From NCBI GenBank assembly GCA_973895155.1, contig OZ316892.1:13756861-13820860 (forward strand): a stretch of 64,000 nt of DNA. The letters are read 5' to 3'. The stretch comes from Marsupella aquatica (Eukaryota > Plantae > Marchantiophyta). Below the pieces are notes generated by a model. That model was not told where the DNA came from, did not search any database, and was given only the letters and a program-made list of their open reading frames with translations. Of this stretch, positions 10,833-24,439 are shown in pieces. Made by a program: the position numbers and the translations under genes. Positions within the stretch are counted from its first letter, which is position 1. The number at the start of each line of letters is the position of its first letter.

Positions 10833-12524
10833 CCTGTCTCAATTAAATTAATCCGTGGACCCCATGTTCATCCAAACAATGTGTGTGTGATGAAGTGAAA
10901 TCAATTTTTAGCAAAGCGACAACCAATGGTTTTGAGTCTCCTGGTGGTCTTGGTGTGTGCTTGTACAAAAGAGAATGCTTGAAAGATAGAGGAGATCGAT
11001 CTGGTTAAGGTGATCTCTCTGGTTTATCAAATGGAAGGTTGAATGGGGAGAATTGAGTTTTTTTACGGTTTTCGCTACACATTGGAGAATTTGTGTTTCT
11101 ACCATTCTTGTTTGTGAATGACATTGAGCATTACCGCCACAAGACAGATTGGAGGATGACACTCAACTGTTGGCAAAAGAACGTTTGTCGTTTCAGTGGG
11201 AAGAACGCACAAAATGGACGAGCCATCACCTCACATGAAAGTTTTGTAGTTTTTTTGATTTAAGAAAGTTATGGTGTGAAGGGGTGACCAACGATTGTTT
11301 CTTCAACATAAAGGCTACATTTGACGTCAATCTATGTTCAGAGTGAGCTTCAGTTGAAGACTGGAGGGATGCAAACAATTCAAGTTGGGAAGCAAGCATT
11401 GCGGACAAGCGATGGCGACGTAATCAAATAAATCAATTTGCAACGGCTAAGTTTGTGAAGGTGATGAGATTGTGACATCTCTTAATTGATAAAGAGTTTC
11501 CAATGAGCCTCACATTTACAAATTTTGTCAAGTTCCAAATGAGTTTTTGAATTTCTCTGCCTTTCCAATGAGTGTGACAACAAGAAATTTTGATCATGAG
11601 TTTCACCAGTAAAGCATCCTTAAGCTAATTGAAGATGGGAAATGTAATTATAAAGATATACTGGACAAAGCCATTAACACCCTTGCCAGGCTCCAAAATC
11701 AATCAAATAAAAGTGGGAGAGACCAGCCCCCCAAAGCAATTGCCAACATGCTCCGATCAGTGGCTTGGGTGGGGGAAAACTATTAAAGTTGTTTTTCAAG
11801 GGAAAGATACAAGTCATCTTGCCCTCACCTACAAAAATCAATTGGAGTGCTCGGGATAGTCACATGAGCCATTATGCAAGATCAACAGTGCTCAAGCAAA
11901 GATATATGAGCTATTTGGTGCACAGTCTGCAAAATCATTGCCCCCATCATCACCACAGTTTGAGACAAAAGGTGCGAAAACAACATAGCTCTTGTAGTGT
12001 GTATACTTGCTAAGGAGCTAGCCAAATAAGTTCCCAAAAAACAAAACCTGTGTGAAGAGCAGTTCAAAGAAATGCCCTGGTCCACAATTATTGTCCAGGG
12101 GACCCAAGCAGGGTATTCACAATGCCTCTGGTGGGGTCAGGCATTTTGCAAGGGGTCCATGAGAAACCAGGGTGACTTTTGCCATGGGGGCCCTATGCCC
12201 TTGGCATCACCTGGCAAATAAGGTTGGGCCCTACTATAGAGTAGACAAACCACATTCAGGTGAGGGTGATCAAACACGGCAAATAAAAGATCAGGCAAAA
12301 TGCATAGGGCAACTTGAGTATGGGTCGGTAAGTTGATAGATTATTTAGTGACCTTCACATCATCTTGACAACATTTGCATCATATTTTCTTCAGAAACAA
12401 TTCATTTTTTTGTGCTTTAATTTGGGTTTACTATATCCATGGATGGGGCCTTCTGCATGATGAATGTAATAACAGTTAAATCAACAATCTCTTCAATCTT
12501 CTCATTTTCCATTGTTGATTCAAA

Positions 12525-12790
12525 GCTCAGAGGACACAGGCTATAGGGGAGGGGGGAGATTGGTGGGTTACGCCCTTGGTCAAGCCCACATCCAGTGACA
12601 CCTAGCCACATGGCAAACTGAGGCCCTGCGCCAATCAGAACAGAGGCCGAGTTGGCTCTGCTGAGCCAGTACTAACCTATATATACAAAAGGGTCAGTTT
12701 AGGAGATAAATTTCTCTGGGGAACTCCTTAGTAATTCCAGTAGTTTGCAAGTCATATTAGTAAAATGTTGTATTGAATAACTAGTAGTGA
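12525..12790 (+). mobile_element. Possible relic LTR-retrotransposon 3' junction (PPT followed by LTR start)
   Basis: GAGGACAC...AGGGGAGGGGGGAGA purine tract, then TG.., a CCAAT and a CTATATATA box. No partner LTR or coding domain seen. Confidence 0.35.
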
Positions 12791-13257
12791 CCCCTCAGTT
12801 TTTGAGCCACAAGCTTTGATGGATCTCCATCAAACCTCGCATCAAACCTGAGATCAAAACCTTTGAACTTTGATGGAATCTCTACATGAGAGTTACTTTT
12901 TATGTAAGATCTATATCTTCCCCAGGTATCTTCCTGGTTAAAATGCATGTTGTCATAGATTCTATGCAACTTTGAAAAGTATTTGATGTGAGGAAAGGAT
13001 TTGGAATGAATGTCATTCCAAGCCTTACAGTTCCCCCTCTTCACTGAATTTCTCAGAATTTTAATTCCAAGTATCCACCAAGTGCTAGAAGAATGGCAAA
13101 AACAAGGAATAGTAAACCTAGCAGCCCCCCTACAAGGCCCAAATAGTTGAAAATGGAAATATTAGCTGGTCAGCTTTAGTGGTATCTACAGAGCTACTAA
13201 CTGACGTGTTTAATACGACCCTACACAGCGCCACCTTCTCATTGACTCTATCAATGA

Positions 13258-13550
13258 TGACTCTTAACCAGAGTACTATGCTCTGCAATATTATGTTACG
13301 AAGCAAACATCTATTGGAAAGAAGTGTTGCCAGAACAAAAACCACGACTCCATAGTGAAAAAACATTTGGTGTAACATTGACCAAGACTCTTAACCAAAG
13401 TACTGGGCTCTGCAACACTTAGACTTTAGTAGAAAGCCAACATAACTCTGTTGGAAGAACATTAACAAGGATACTTAGACTTTAGTAGAAAGCCAACATA
13501 ACTAAGCCAACATAACTAAGCCAACATAACTCTGTTGGAAGAACATAAAC
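13258..13550. repeat. Local nested duplications (CTTAGACTTTAGTAGAAAGCCAACATAACT x2; AAGCCAACATAACT x3)
   Basis: Directly visible direct repeats. Confidence 0.75.
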
Positions 13551-14360
13551 CACGATTTCACACAAGCAAGAAACCGACGAGGGCCGGAGCGGATGACAAC
13601 AAGTAGATTTAACAGGTTGTGCTACCGGTAGTATCCACATTTATCCATAGTTTGTTACTCTTCATCGACAATATTTCAGCCAGCATGCTGGAGGCATTGG
13701 GTAATTTGTTGTCGATTCGTCACCACTGGAATTCTGTAGCAACGCATCATCATGTGGTCTTTCAAGTTTAGTTGCAGCTCATCGCCGTGGAGCTAAACCG
13801 AGGGGTTAGCGACTATGGAACCGGAGGTGCGAGATATGGGGATTTGCACTGTGAAAGTCACAGACATATGGATACTGGGCTCCGCGGAAGAACGTCGCGC
13901 TCTCCGGGTCGATCTTCAAGCACCACTTTGTCGTCGTGAGAGTGGATCATGTTTCGTCCCCGGAAGGAATCAACTGTCTACTGATTAGAGCAGAAAAGTT
14001 CGGGCGGACTGGGAAGGGTGGCAATGCGGGGGTCAGTGTAAAGTGTATCAACATTTTAAAGGACACAGGCTTCCAGGAAAGGGTCAGAATAAACGTAGAA
14101 GTTAAGGTGACAATTCAACTATCCAAGCTGCTGGAGGTTCTGATCGCCCACTGTCCTGATTACAACGTCGCCTCCGCGACAACTGCTGGAAATATGCGGA
14201 TTCTATTGCAAGGCCCTAGCCTCTTGCAAGAGTTCGCTTCCTTGCAGGCTGAAAATAGAGATCGCATGGAAAATCATGTGAGGCAGCTACCGTATTGTAT
14301 CTTGCCCAAGCACGTAGTATATCTTTTAGGTGAGGTTGGAACCCTGGCAGGATGCATATG

Positions 14361-14385
14361 CTACTACTACTACTACTACTACTAC
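14361..14385. repeat. (CTA)8 microsatellite
   Basis: Directly visible. Confidence 0.95.
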
Positions 14386-17300
14386 CGCTTGCCCAAAACC
14401 GACAAAGCAGTTAAAGATTCAGGAAGTTCTCCATCGTAACGCGGCAACGCGAGGTGTAAGTACCTTGCCCGACCTCGTCAATAAGCTCGTAGGGGCGATG
14501 TATATGGGGGCATAAATGCTCCCAGACGGCAAAGGTAGTCAGAGTCGTACTTACCTTAATTTTGGTTCACCGCAATAGCATCAGTCGCGACGAAGGTTAG
14601 AGTACCGTAGAGCTCTGTCAAATCGATTGCCGCTGTGGGATTTTTCATTTTAGTAGACCCTGTATGATCTTCGCATATAGAAACTAGCGAGGTTACGTAT
14701 ACGATGAATGCAAATCTAAACTGTAGTCAGTTCGATGTAAAACTAATGCTTGGGCATCTTGATGCTCGACGACACTAAAAGCAGTAAGTTGTACATCCTC
14801 GAGGAAGGTGGTTCGAGAAGATATAGCGTGCTCTAGTGTATGAATGAGAAGTTTTGTCTTTTGCTCATGTGGTGCACATCGACAGGTTGAAGAGGCCGTT
14901 CCCGGCCGGCCCAGACACAGAAAGGTTTCAGCAAAAGTCTTCTCGATGTCAAAATTAGTTGGCTGGTTTTGTATCTTCATATGTTGTTTGACCCGATGTG
15001 ATGTGCGTGAATGCGAAGTCGCTAGGGGCTAAGCCCGAATGCATCTTGCATGATTTTTGAACGCGAAGAGGTCAATCAGTGGAGTTCGAAAGATGTGTGC
15101 ACAGTTAAGCAGATCCAAACTCCACATCTTCCAAAGAGAAGCGCAGGTAAGGGTGGTTAGCCCGGTACCAAAATCTGCAGACTTTTTTTATTCAACCGCA
15201 TTTTCTAATTGCCCCGGTTTCAATTAAATCAATCCCGTCGTATTGCTCACCTCGGATCGCCCGTGTCTAGCTTTCTCAGACTAGCTGATCTTGTCAGTAG
15301 AAAATTATGAATCATCACTTGCCGACTCTTGGGCGACGACCGTTCAAGACAAACCGTAGACGCAGAACTGCGTTGAATGTCAACATTTCTGACCAGTTTG
15401 TAACCAAAATTCCGTTTCGACCAGGGGCTAGGAAGCTCAAATTCTTTCTTCACGGGGCCACACAGAAGTACATTTGGTCGACAGGCTGATTGGTTCAGAC
15501 AGCATCGATGCATTTGACACAAGAATCGACCTCTGAAGGAGAAGTCTCTCGACCTTGAGCTTGTGAGTAGATGTCATTAAACTCTACCCATGAGGCGGCA
15601 ATTGAGTATATATGTATTTGGAATCGGTCGTGGTAATATCAACGATTGAGAAGCGTGCTTGCGTCATGCTAAGGAAATTAAGGCAAGTCAAATGCAATCA
15701 TAAGAGCCCAAGCATGGAAATTATTGCCCGCGAGAGACACTGAAAGTTAGTTTTGGTACTTACAACTTACAACCGGGCTTTGAACTAGGCAAGTACTGTA
15801 GACGTCCAAACTTTGGGATCGAGCAGAAAAACTAGACGTCCATTGAGAGTAGATCGATGTCCACATAGTCAACAGATCGCTTGTAACTTAAGTGAATTAG
15901 ATGACATTGCAGCACCTAGAGTGGGCCTAGAGTCGATAAATGTTTCTCTTAGAGGGGAGAGAATTGAAAGCATACTTGCACATTGGCCAGGGTGGCCCAA
16001 CTGAAGCATTTGGGCGGGTAAGGAGTTACGACTGCACATACGATAGCGTGTGTGGGAGCTGCAAACCTCTGTTGGTCTTCCTAATTATGGCAGGACCACG
16101 ATCGACAGAGGTTCACAATAGACCCTCTGAGTCAATCACCCCTTTCAACCACAACTCGAGTAAATCGTTTACGTAGCACGCTGTGCAGATAGCAACATGA
16201 TTTAATTCTCAATGTCGGAATTCTGTGTCACTTTTCGTTTCCTTCTTCTCAGGTCAGTGGGTAACAAAATCAGTTTGCATATTCAGTATTCAACTTCTGG
16301 AATCTGGATGCATTTGTTCCGGCAGTAATTGAAGTACGGTACAAACTAAGTCCCTTCAGGTAATTTAGGACAACGCCCCTTCTGTACTCTCCATAGTGGG
16401 ACGGCGCAGAATATATTCGGAAATCAAGGTAAGTACGAATTTAATTCATTAGCTGGCTACCAGCTATTCTTTATCACAGACGGATTGCTCGAACAAAGAA
16501 ACCGAACTTCAAGACATCGCAGCGGGCAGTTCACGAATTCATCAACACCAGGCGGAGTCAATGTACTAGGATACACGACGAGATGGAAGGGATCCAACCT
16601 TTACCCCTTTACAACTACAGGCTTCACGTCAAGGACCGATCGGACGACCAGTAACGACCGAAGCAAGCAGCAAAGATCGCAAAAGCAGTGACAATCATGT
16701 AATTCAAGTACCAAGTATTCCAATATACACCAAGTTTTCACCGACCAATTGCCAGATGAATGTATCACGTGTAAGTCACGGGAAACTTTCAAGTAGCAAA
16801 TGGCAACCACTACGAGACTAGAATTCTTGGAAAGTTTCAGTCTCAAATGCTTGCTGTACATAGAGACAGATTTAGGTTCACTACATAGCCGATGCCAATC
16901 AAAGCGCTAATGTCGTGAACTAGCATGTTACCATTCATTTGAGTGTCCCAATAGGGGGTCTCAAGCATCAAAATTAACTTAGTAGTTAAGATTGGGGACA
17001 GAAAAAGTTATGGACTACCAAATTCAAGAAAGTTTTAGCTAAAAAAATTGTCATATGCCACCACAAGTCACTGTAGAGGTTATTGATTTTTTTTTCCATA
17101 ATCCTGGGATTGTTTATGGCCAAAAACCATCATTTGTGACTATGAAGCTTTGAGATACCCAAATAGTTTGATAGTAGGTGGAGGGTGGAGCTTTGAGACG
17201 CCCAAAGAGTTCACATTAGGGTTTGAGGGTGCCATCCAGTCATTCTCTGGTTTCCTGCAAGACTGTCCGTGAGGGTTTGGAAGGTCAAGTTGAGTAAAAA

Positions 17301-17672
17301 ACTTTGTGACCCTACCCATAGCTTCGTTGTGGTCCTTGGGAGCTTGAATTTCCACAAAATACTCTCTAGTAAGACTTTTCTGTGGTTTATTCCACAGCTT
17401 GATAAGGCTTTTCAGTTTGCTCCTTAAGAGAAATATTTGGAGATAGTAGGGAACTTGCAGGGCATCGGGCTCTTCTCCCCCTTATCCAAATTAGTTCAAG
17501 GACCCCTTGGTTATTTAAGTTGATGTTATTCAACAACCAAGTTAGAGCACATGAAGAATTGCATAATGGAATAGCTTTGAATATGGAGATGAGTGAAAAA
17601 AGAGAGTAGATTTTTCATGGTAGTAGTCCATGCACAATGTTCCTTGGTACTCATATGTCCATAGAGGCCATG

Positions 17673-18030
17673 CAAAATGTGTTGTAGAAGCGGATAGGTT
17701 GCTTACATTCTTTTGGTATTCTTTTATCCATAGTAGTTGAAGGGTTTCTTATGTTCACTTGGTATTCCCAAAATGTGTTATAGAAGCCGAAGGGTTGCTT
17801 ACATTTTTTTGGTATTCTTTTATCCATAGTAGTTGAAGGGTTTCTTATGTTCACTTGGTATTCCCAAAATGTGTTATAGAAGCCGAAGGGTTGCTTACAT
17901 TTTTTTGGTATTCTTATATTGATAGTAGTTGAAGGGTTTCTTATGTTCCCTTGATATTCTTTTGTCCATAGTAGCCCAAGGGTTTCTGATGTTACCTTGG
18001 TAAATGTTACAGTAGTTGAAGAGTTTCTTT
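17673..18030. repeat. 96-bp tandem repeat, ~3 copies plus degenerate subunits
   Basis: CAAAATGTGTT recurs at 17673, 17769 and 17865. Confidence 0.9.
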
Positions 18031-18374
18031 CTACCCGTGATTATTCCAAAAATTATTGACTAAATAGAAAATTCATACACTCTACTAGAAAACATTGATA
18101 TATCAATCATAATTGATCCAAAGTTGTTTTCTTTTCACCCCTTTCTTTGTTTATTTCCTGGTTTATTTGAAAAGTTACTTTTCAGTTTTCCATTGTTTGT
18201 ACAGTTACAAGGTCTAATTGTTTTATTTTTACTTGTCTCAAACAAACCTCGTCTTGTTTGGCATGTTTTTTGTACAACCAGCCCTTTTTGTTTGTGACCA
18301 ATAATGCTGATGTGGCAGCACATGCTTCCAGGAATTTTGGAAGTAGCTTCTCGAGTAACTTCCCCTGGGGTCAA

Positions 18375-18719
18375 TGTTAGGATTTACTCTTAGGTCTAGA
18401 GTTACGACTGTATCATAGTTAAGGCTAACCTTAGTTGCAGACTTGGTTAGGTTAGTCATGTTGTGCACACTCTATAACCAAGCAGTGTTTGCTTGGAGAG
18501 GTGGAACTCAGGCTCATTCTTACGGAGTTAGTTGAGAGATAGAGAGAGTTTGTGCTGTGGATGCTTGGTATGGCTGGTCGGCCTAGAGTGTAGTAAAGCT
18601 CTTGTGTGTTCCCGTGGACGTAGCCTCATGTGGAGGTGAACCACGTATCTCTCTGTGTCAACTCTTGTGCGTTAGATGGTTCATGGGCTTGCCGTTGCGA
18701 TTGTCGTTGATGCTCAACA
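18375..18719 (+). mobile_element. Solo LTR (copia-related), 345 bp
   Basis: TGTTAGG...TGCTCAACA, homologous to the copia-2/3 LTRs; TSD GTCAA at 18370-18374 and 18720-18724; no PBS follows. Confidence 0.93.
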
Positions 18720-20174
18720 GTCAAGCCCTTTTTGTTTGTGACCAATAATGCTGATGTGGCAGCACATGCTTCCAGGAATTTTGGAAGTAGCTTCTTGAGT
18801 AACTTCCCCTGGGGGTCAATAAATAAGCTCACAGTGTTTGTGCTTCAAGTACAAACTCTGGTTCATTAATTCACGATGAAAGGTAATCATTAAGAGCCTC
18901 GGGCACACACCTGCCCGCGCCTACTGCCCGCCCTTTTACATATTTTTCCGAATGTTAATAGCGTGAATGATCTCCACTTTTTGGGTAGAGTGAATCTTAA
19001 AATGCATTCTTTGACACAACCTGATTTGAACCCGCGATCTCCTAATCCCTAACTGAGGTGTGCTACCATAGAGTCTCTCCACAATTCGTGACAACATTCT
19101 TTCGCTCCATGTATTTATGCTAAAATCAGATGCAATACAGACGGGCAACGGTTGTTAGATATTGCCCTAGTCTTGTGACTCTTGAGCTAACCACAGTTAG
19201 TCTAACTCGGGTTAGGACTTTGCTAATGTTAGTGGTAGTGTTGTTGTGTATATAGCCAGGGCTGATGCCAAACCCTGATGGAACTTAGGCTCATTGTTAT
19301 GTCCGAGCTAGTTGAGAGATAGGAAGAGCTTGTGCTGTGGATGCTTGGTATGGCCGGTCGGCCTAGAGTGCAGTAAAGCTCTTGTGTGCTCCCGTGGACG
19401 TAACCTCATGTGGAGGTGAACCACGTATCTCTCTGTGTCAACTATTGTACGTTGGATGGTTCATGGGCTTTCCGTTACGAATGTCGTCTATGCTCAACAA
19501 ATGGTATCAGAGCATGCCTGGGAGGTGACGAGGTTTTTTCGTGATAGGTTTTTCCAGCGTTCATTGTCAGTGGCACATTCAGAGTTTCGTCGCATGAAAC
19601 TCTAATGTGTGTGGCTGAGTGGATAGGTTAGTGAGAGGGCTTTCTAACGGTGGTTAGAACTCGTTGATCGGTATCCGTGGTGCGGAGGAATTGAAGTTTG
19701 CGTTGTTCAGGGTTTATTCGTGTTTGACGGTATTTTGGGGGAGTGACCAGAGTTTATGTTTTTCAATGGTGTGAGCTGTGCGGTGTGGGAGGGATCGCAC
19801 ATTATAGCTTAAGTTGAAGGTTGAAGCGAGCTGGTCGTTTCGGTAGCTGGATTGCTGCCAAGTTGTTACCGAGTGCGACGTGACGAGTGACGGAGGCGTT
19901 CAGGTTTTTTCACAAGCTATGGAGCTTGTTCTCATCTGAACTGGGTTTTTCTTTGTGATGTCCGACTCGGTGGAAGAGACGTGAAGTGCCATGGCTCAAC
20001 GGCTTGATCGCGGTGAGGCGGTCGTTTTGAGCCCGGGATTGGCACTTGACGCGGAGTGAAGGCGACACGGCGATAATTTTATACTCTACTGGAGCTGTAG
20101 ACTGTGCCGGTGAAATTCGGAAATTTTTCCCGTCAGCGGCGTTCACTTTCCTCACTTAAATTGGCGGCAATTAG

Positions 20175-23100
20175 ATGAGTGACTCGGAGGATACTGGAAG
20201 AATTGGCGTCGGTGGAGCTTCAGGATTGCGATGGTCAGACGAAGAGTCTGAGGAGGAGCTGCTACCATTTGAGGAAGAACTAGTGACACCGGTACGATCA
20301 CCGGTGCGGCGTGCAGTGGAGGAAGCTGTGTTACTACTAGAGCTGTCGGTAGTGGGAAAGAAGAGGGAGATAACTAGATTTGGAGGAGTGAAATTTGAGG
20401 TGGAGAAGTACGATGGTCGTACTGATTACTTGCTGTGGGAGAAGCAAGTGAAGGGTGTTCTACGGGCCATGGGTTTAGCTCATCTGCTCTCTTCTCGAGA
20501 GCAGTATGATGGAGATGAGGAGATTTCTATGAGATAGTGGAGACAAGAGCAGGTGATTGCTGTCAATGCAGTGATGCTATATCTCAAGCCGCACATCATC
20601 AAGCAACTGGATGATTATGCGGATTGCGCGTCACTGTTCAAGGCTCTTAGAGAGAAATACTACCGGGAAGATGCGTCAGACCGGCTGTTCAAGAAGTCTC
20701 TCTTGATGAGCCTCAGGCTCAAGGAAGGGAGCAAGATGCAGGATCACCTGGATGAATTTGACAGTCTAGCGGTGGATCTGTCAAACCTGGGAAAAGGAGT
20801 TCAAGATGAGGATAAGGCCTTGCTTCTGCTAAGCTCCTTACCGCCGTCATATCAGGCCTTGAAACAAGTGCTCTTGTATAGAGATCTGAAGTCCATTTTG
20901 TATAATGAGGTGGTGAGCTCTTTATTGTCTGATGATGCTCAGAAGAAGCTGGGTCAATCATAGACAACATCTTCTTCTGGCATTGTGTTGAATGTGAACC
21001 GTGGGAGAGCAGCGCAACGCTCAAATGGACAGAACAGGTTTAGATCTACATCACGGGGGAGATCTAAATCCAGAGGGAAATCGCAAGAGAGAAAGCCTCT
21101 TGCATGTTGGAATTGTGGCAAGCTAGGCCACATGAAAAGGGATTGTCGAGTAAAGGTCCCTACTGCCTCTGCTAACGTAGCATCGAGCTCGCATGAGGTA
21201 GATTTACTCGATGATGATGACATATTGTGATGTCAAGGTTATGCTCTCAACGTAGTGTCAAATCCAGGTAGTGATGACTGGATTCTAGATAGTGCATGTA
21301 CTTTTCATATTTGATCTAGAGAGATTGTTTTAGTTCTTACACGGTTTCCAACGGGTCAGTGTTGATGGGAAATGGAATCCCATGTCAAGTTGTTGGACTT
21401 GGATCTGTAAGATTTCAGATGTTTGATGGTGCTGTGAGAACATTGAGGAATGTGAGACATATTCCCAACATGATGAAAAATCTCATTTCACTTGGAGTTT
21501 TAGAGGCAAATGGCCATCAGTGGAGTTCTGCTAATGGTGTCCTTCAGGTTTCAATTGGTACTAAAGTTGTATTGAAGGCAAAGAGACATTGCAATCTATA
21601 CGTTTTGGAGGGCAGTGTAGTTTGTGATGAAGCCAATATAACCTTATCTCATCATGAGAAGACGGCCCGACTGTGGCACTTCCGTTCGGGCCACATGAGT
21701 GAAAAAAGTTTGGTTATTCTTCAGAAGAAAAGATTACTTTCTAATTTGCAATCTTGTAAGTTGGAATTTTGTGAGCACTGTGTGCTAGGGAAGCAGCACA
21801 GGAAACCCTTCGGAGTTGGAACTCACACCAGCAAGGAGGTACTTGAGTACGTACATAGTAATGTGTGGGGTCCAGCCCCTACTCCCTCACATTCTGGACG
21901 GTTATACTATGTCACATTCATAGACGATTACTCAAGGTATGTGTGGATATACTTTTTACACAATAAGTCTGATGTTTTTGCCACTTTTAAGGAGTGGAAA
22001 GCCCAAGTTGAGAATCAAACTGGTAATAAGGTGAGATATCTTCAATCGGATAACGGCGGTGAATATAGTTCCGAGGAATTTGGAACATATTGTAAGGAGC
22101 AGGGCATTACCCGCCATCTCACAACAAGTTATACTCCTCAGTAGAATGGTGTTTCTGAGAGACTCAACCGAACACTATTGGACCGCTCAAGGAGTATGTT
22201 GAGTCAATCATGCTTACCACATGAGTTTTGGGCTGAAGCTGTCAACACTGCAGCTTATTTGGTAAATTTTTCTCCATCCAGTTCTATTGGATTCAAGACG
22301 CCATTTGAAATGAGGTACGGGCGTCCAGTAGATTACTCACATCTGAGGATTTTTGGATGTGATGCTTATGTGCTTACACCTTCCCAGCTTCGATCCAAGC
22401 TGGAGTCCAAGTCGAAGAAGTGCATTTTCCTTGGCTATCAGAAAGGTGTGAAGGGTTATAGGTTCTGGGATCCAGTAACCTGTAAACTAATTGTCAGTAG
22501 AGATGTGTCCTTTAATGAATCCAGATCATCAAAGGAGGGGGAGAGTTCTCAGGATTCCCATATTGACAAGGGGAAATCTCCCATCCCGGACCGGGTTGAG
22601 GGGGAGATTAGTCATGATGCAGTTCATGACAGGAGAGATGGAGAAGCTCCGGGCTTGGAGCTGGTTCCTGTGATGGAACAAGAGGAGCAGATTGTTGCTG
22701 GGGTACCTCAAATTCAACCAGCAGCAGCAGCAGATCAGCCTGAGTCATCTACTAGAAGAACTTTCAGTTGTTCTACTAAAGCTCCTACCAGGCATGGTCA
22801 ATGGGCACCTGATGATATTGACATTACACCTGATGAAGATGATATGGCTTTGATCTTGGAAGAAGGAGAGCCTTCTTCGTATAGTGAGGCTTGTGCTTCA
22901 GAGCATAAGCATGAGTGGAATGCAGCAATGCAGAGGGAGTTGCAATCTTTGAGTGACAACAAGACATGGGAGCTGGTGGAGCTTCCAAGAGGTCAGCAAG
23001 TGGTAGACAGCAAGTGGATTTACAAGTTGAAGGATAGTCCTTCAGAGGGTGGAGACAAGATCTACAAGGCAAGGCTTGTTGCCAAGGGATTCACTTAGGA

Positions 23101-24439
23101 GAAAGGAGTGGATTACAATGAGGTCTTTTCACCGGTGGCTAAGCATTCCACAATACGGATCTTGTGTCAGCTTGTTGTGTTTTTTGGTCTGGTGATGGAT
23201 CAGATAGATGTTGTTACTGCTTTTCTCTATGGCAACTTGGAAGAGATGATCTTCATGAGATAGCCACTAGGCTTTATGAAGAAGGACCAAGAGAACTTAG
23301 TTTGCAGATTGCTCAAGTCCTTGTATGGATTGAAGCAGTCTCCCAGATAGTGGAACAAGCGGTTTGATGATTTCATGCTTGCTCAAGGTTTTACAAGGAT
23401 GGTATATGATCCTTGTGTGTATACGAAATCAGTCAAGAATAATGTGTTTGGTTTCATCATTCTGGTTATCTATGTGGATGACATGTTAATTGTGGCTAAA
23501 GATCAATCTCAGGTTGACAGTCTCAAGGCGAAATTGAGTGCTGAATTCAGGATGAAGGATCTTGATAAAGCCAAGAGAATCTTAGGGATGGAGATTTTTA
23601 GGAACTCTGAGACTGGACAGTTGTGCTTGAGTCAAGGCCAATATGCGAGGAAAGTACTTGCACGATTCAACATGGAAAACTGTAAGCCAGTGAGTATTCC
23701 TTTAGCTTCACATTTCAAGTTATCATCGGGTTTCTCTCCTACGGATACTGTGGAGAAAGGTCTGATGGCTAAGATTCCTTATGAGAAGATAATAGGCAGT
23801 CTGATGTATTTTATGACTTGTACTAGGCCTGACTTGGCCGTAGCGATGGGCAAGGTTAGCAGATTCATGTCAAATCCAGGGAAGATACATTGGGAAGCTG
23901 TGAAGTAGATTCTTAGGTATCTGAAGGGAACACAGGACTATGGATTACTATTTGATAATAGATCAAATAGAACGTTAGTTGGCTATGTAGATTCTGACTA
24001 TGGAGGTTGTCTGGATACAAGGAGATCTACAACTGGGTTTGTATACACTCTTGGAGGAGGATGTATCAGTTGGAAATCTACCTTGCAGAAGTGCATATCT
24101 TAGTCTACTACAAAAGTAGAGTATGTTGTAGCAGCAGAAGCAGCAAAGGAAACAATTTAGTTGGATAAGTTGATCGCGGAGATGGGTTTAGAGCATGGAA
24201 AAATGACTCTAAACTGTGATAGTCAGAGTGCTCTTCACTTGGCTGCTAACCAGGTGATGGATAGCAGGGTGAAGCACATTGATATCAGGTATCATTTTAT
24301 CAGGCAAGCAGTGTTTGATAAAACTTTTGAGCTAGTCAAGATTGATGGAAAGCTCAATCCCGCTGATGCTTTTACCAAAGTGATTCCTTTGGAGAGTTTT
24401 TCAAGACACCGTGCTACTTTGCAGGTTTTGCAGTTGTAG
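20175..24439 (+). pseudogene. copia-2 gag-pol with multiple premature stops
   Basis: KFEVEKYDG, CWNCGKLGH, WILDSAC, integrase core, YVDDML and RNaseH KHIDIRYHF, interrupted by many TAG stops. Confidence 0.93.

Noticed and set aside
10590-10852. Mariner-like TIR fragments (AATTTAATTGAACACCCTG / CTGTCTCAATTAAATT)
   Set aside because: Their orientation does not enclose a single element, and no TA TSD is evident.
13600-14440. 167-aa plus ORF, or a minus-strand pseudogene whose stops might be mutated Gln codons
   Set aside because: No recognisable domain, the ORF runs through a microsatellite, and minus-strand stop density is about what random sequence gives.
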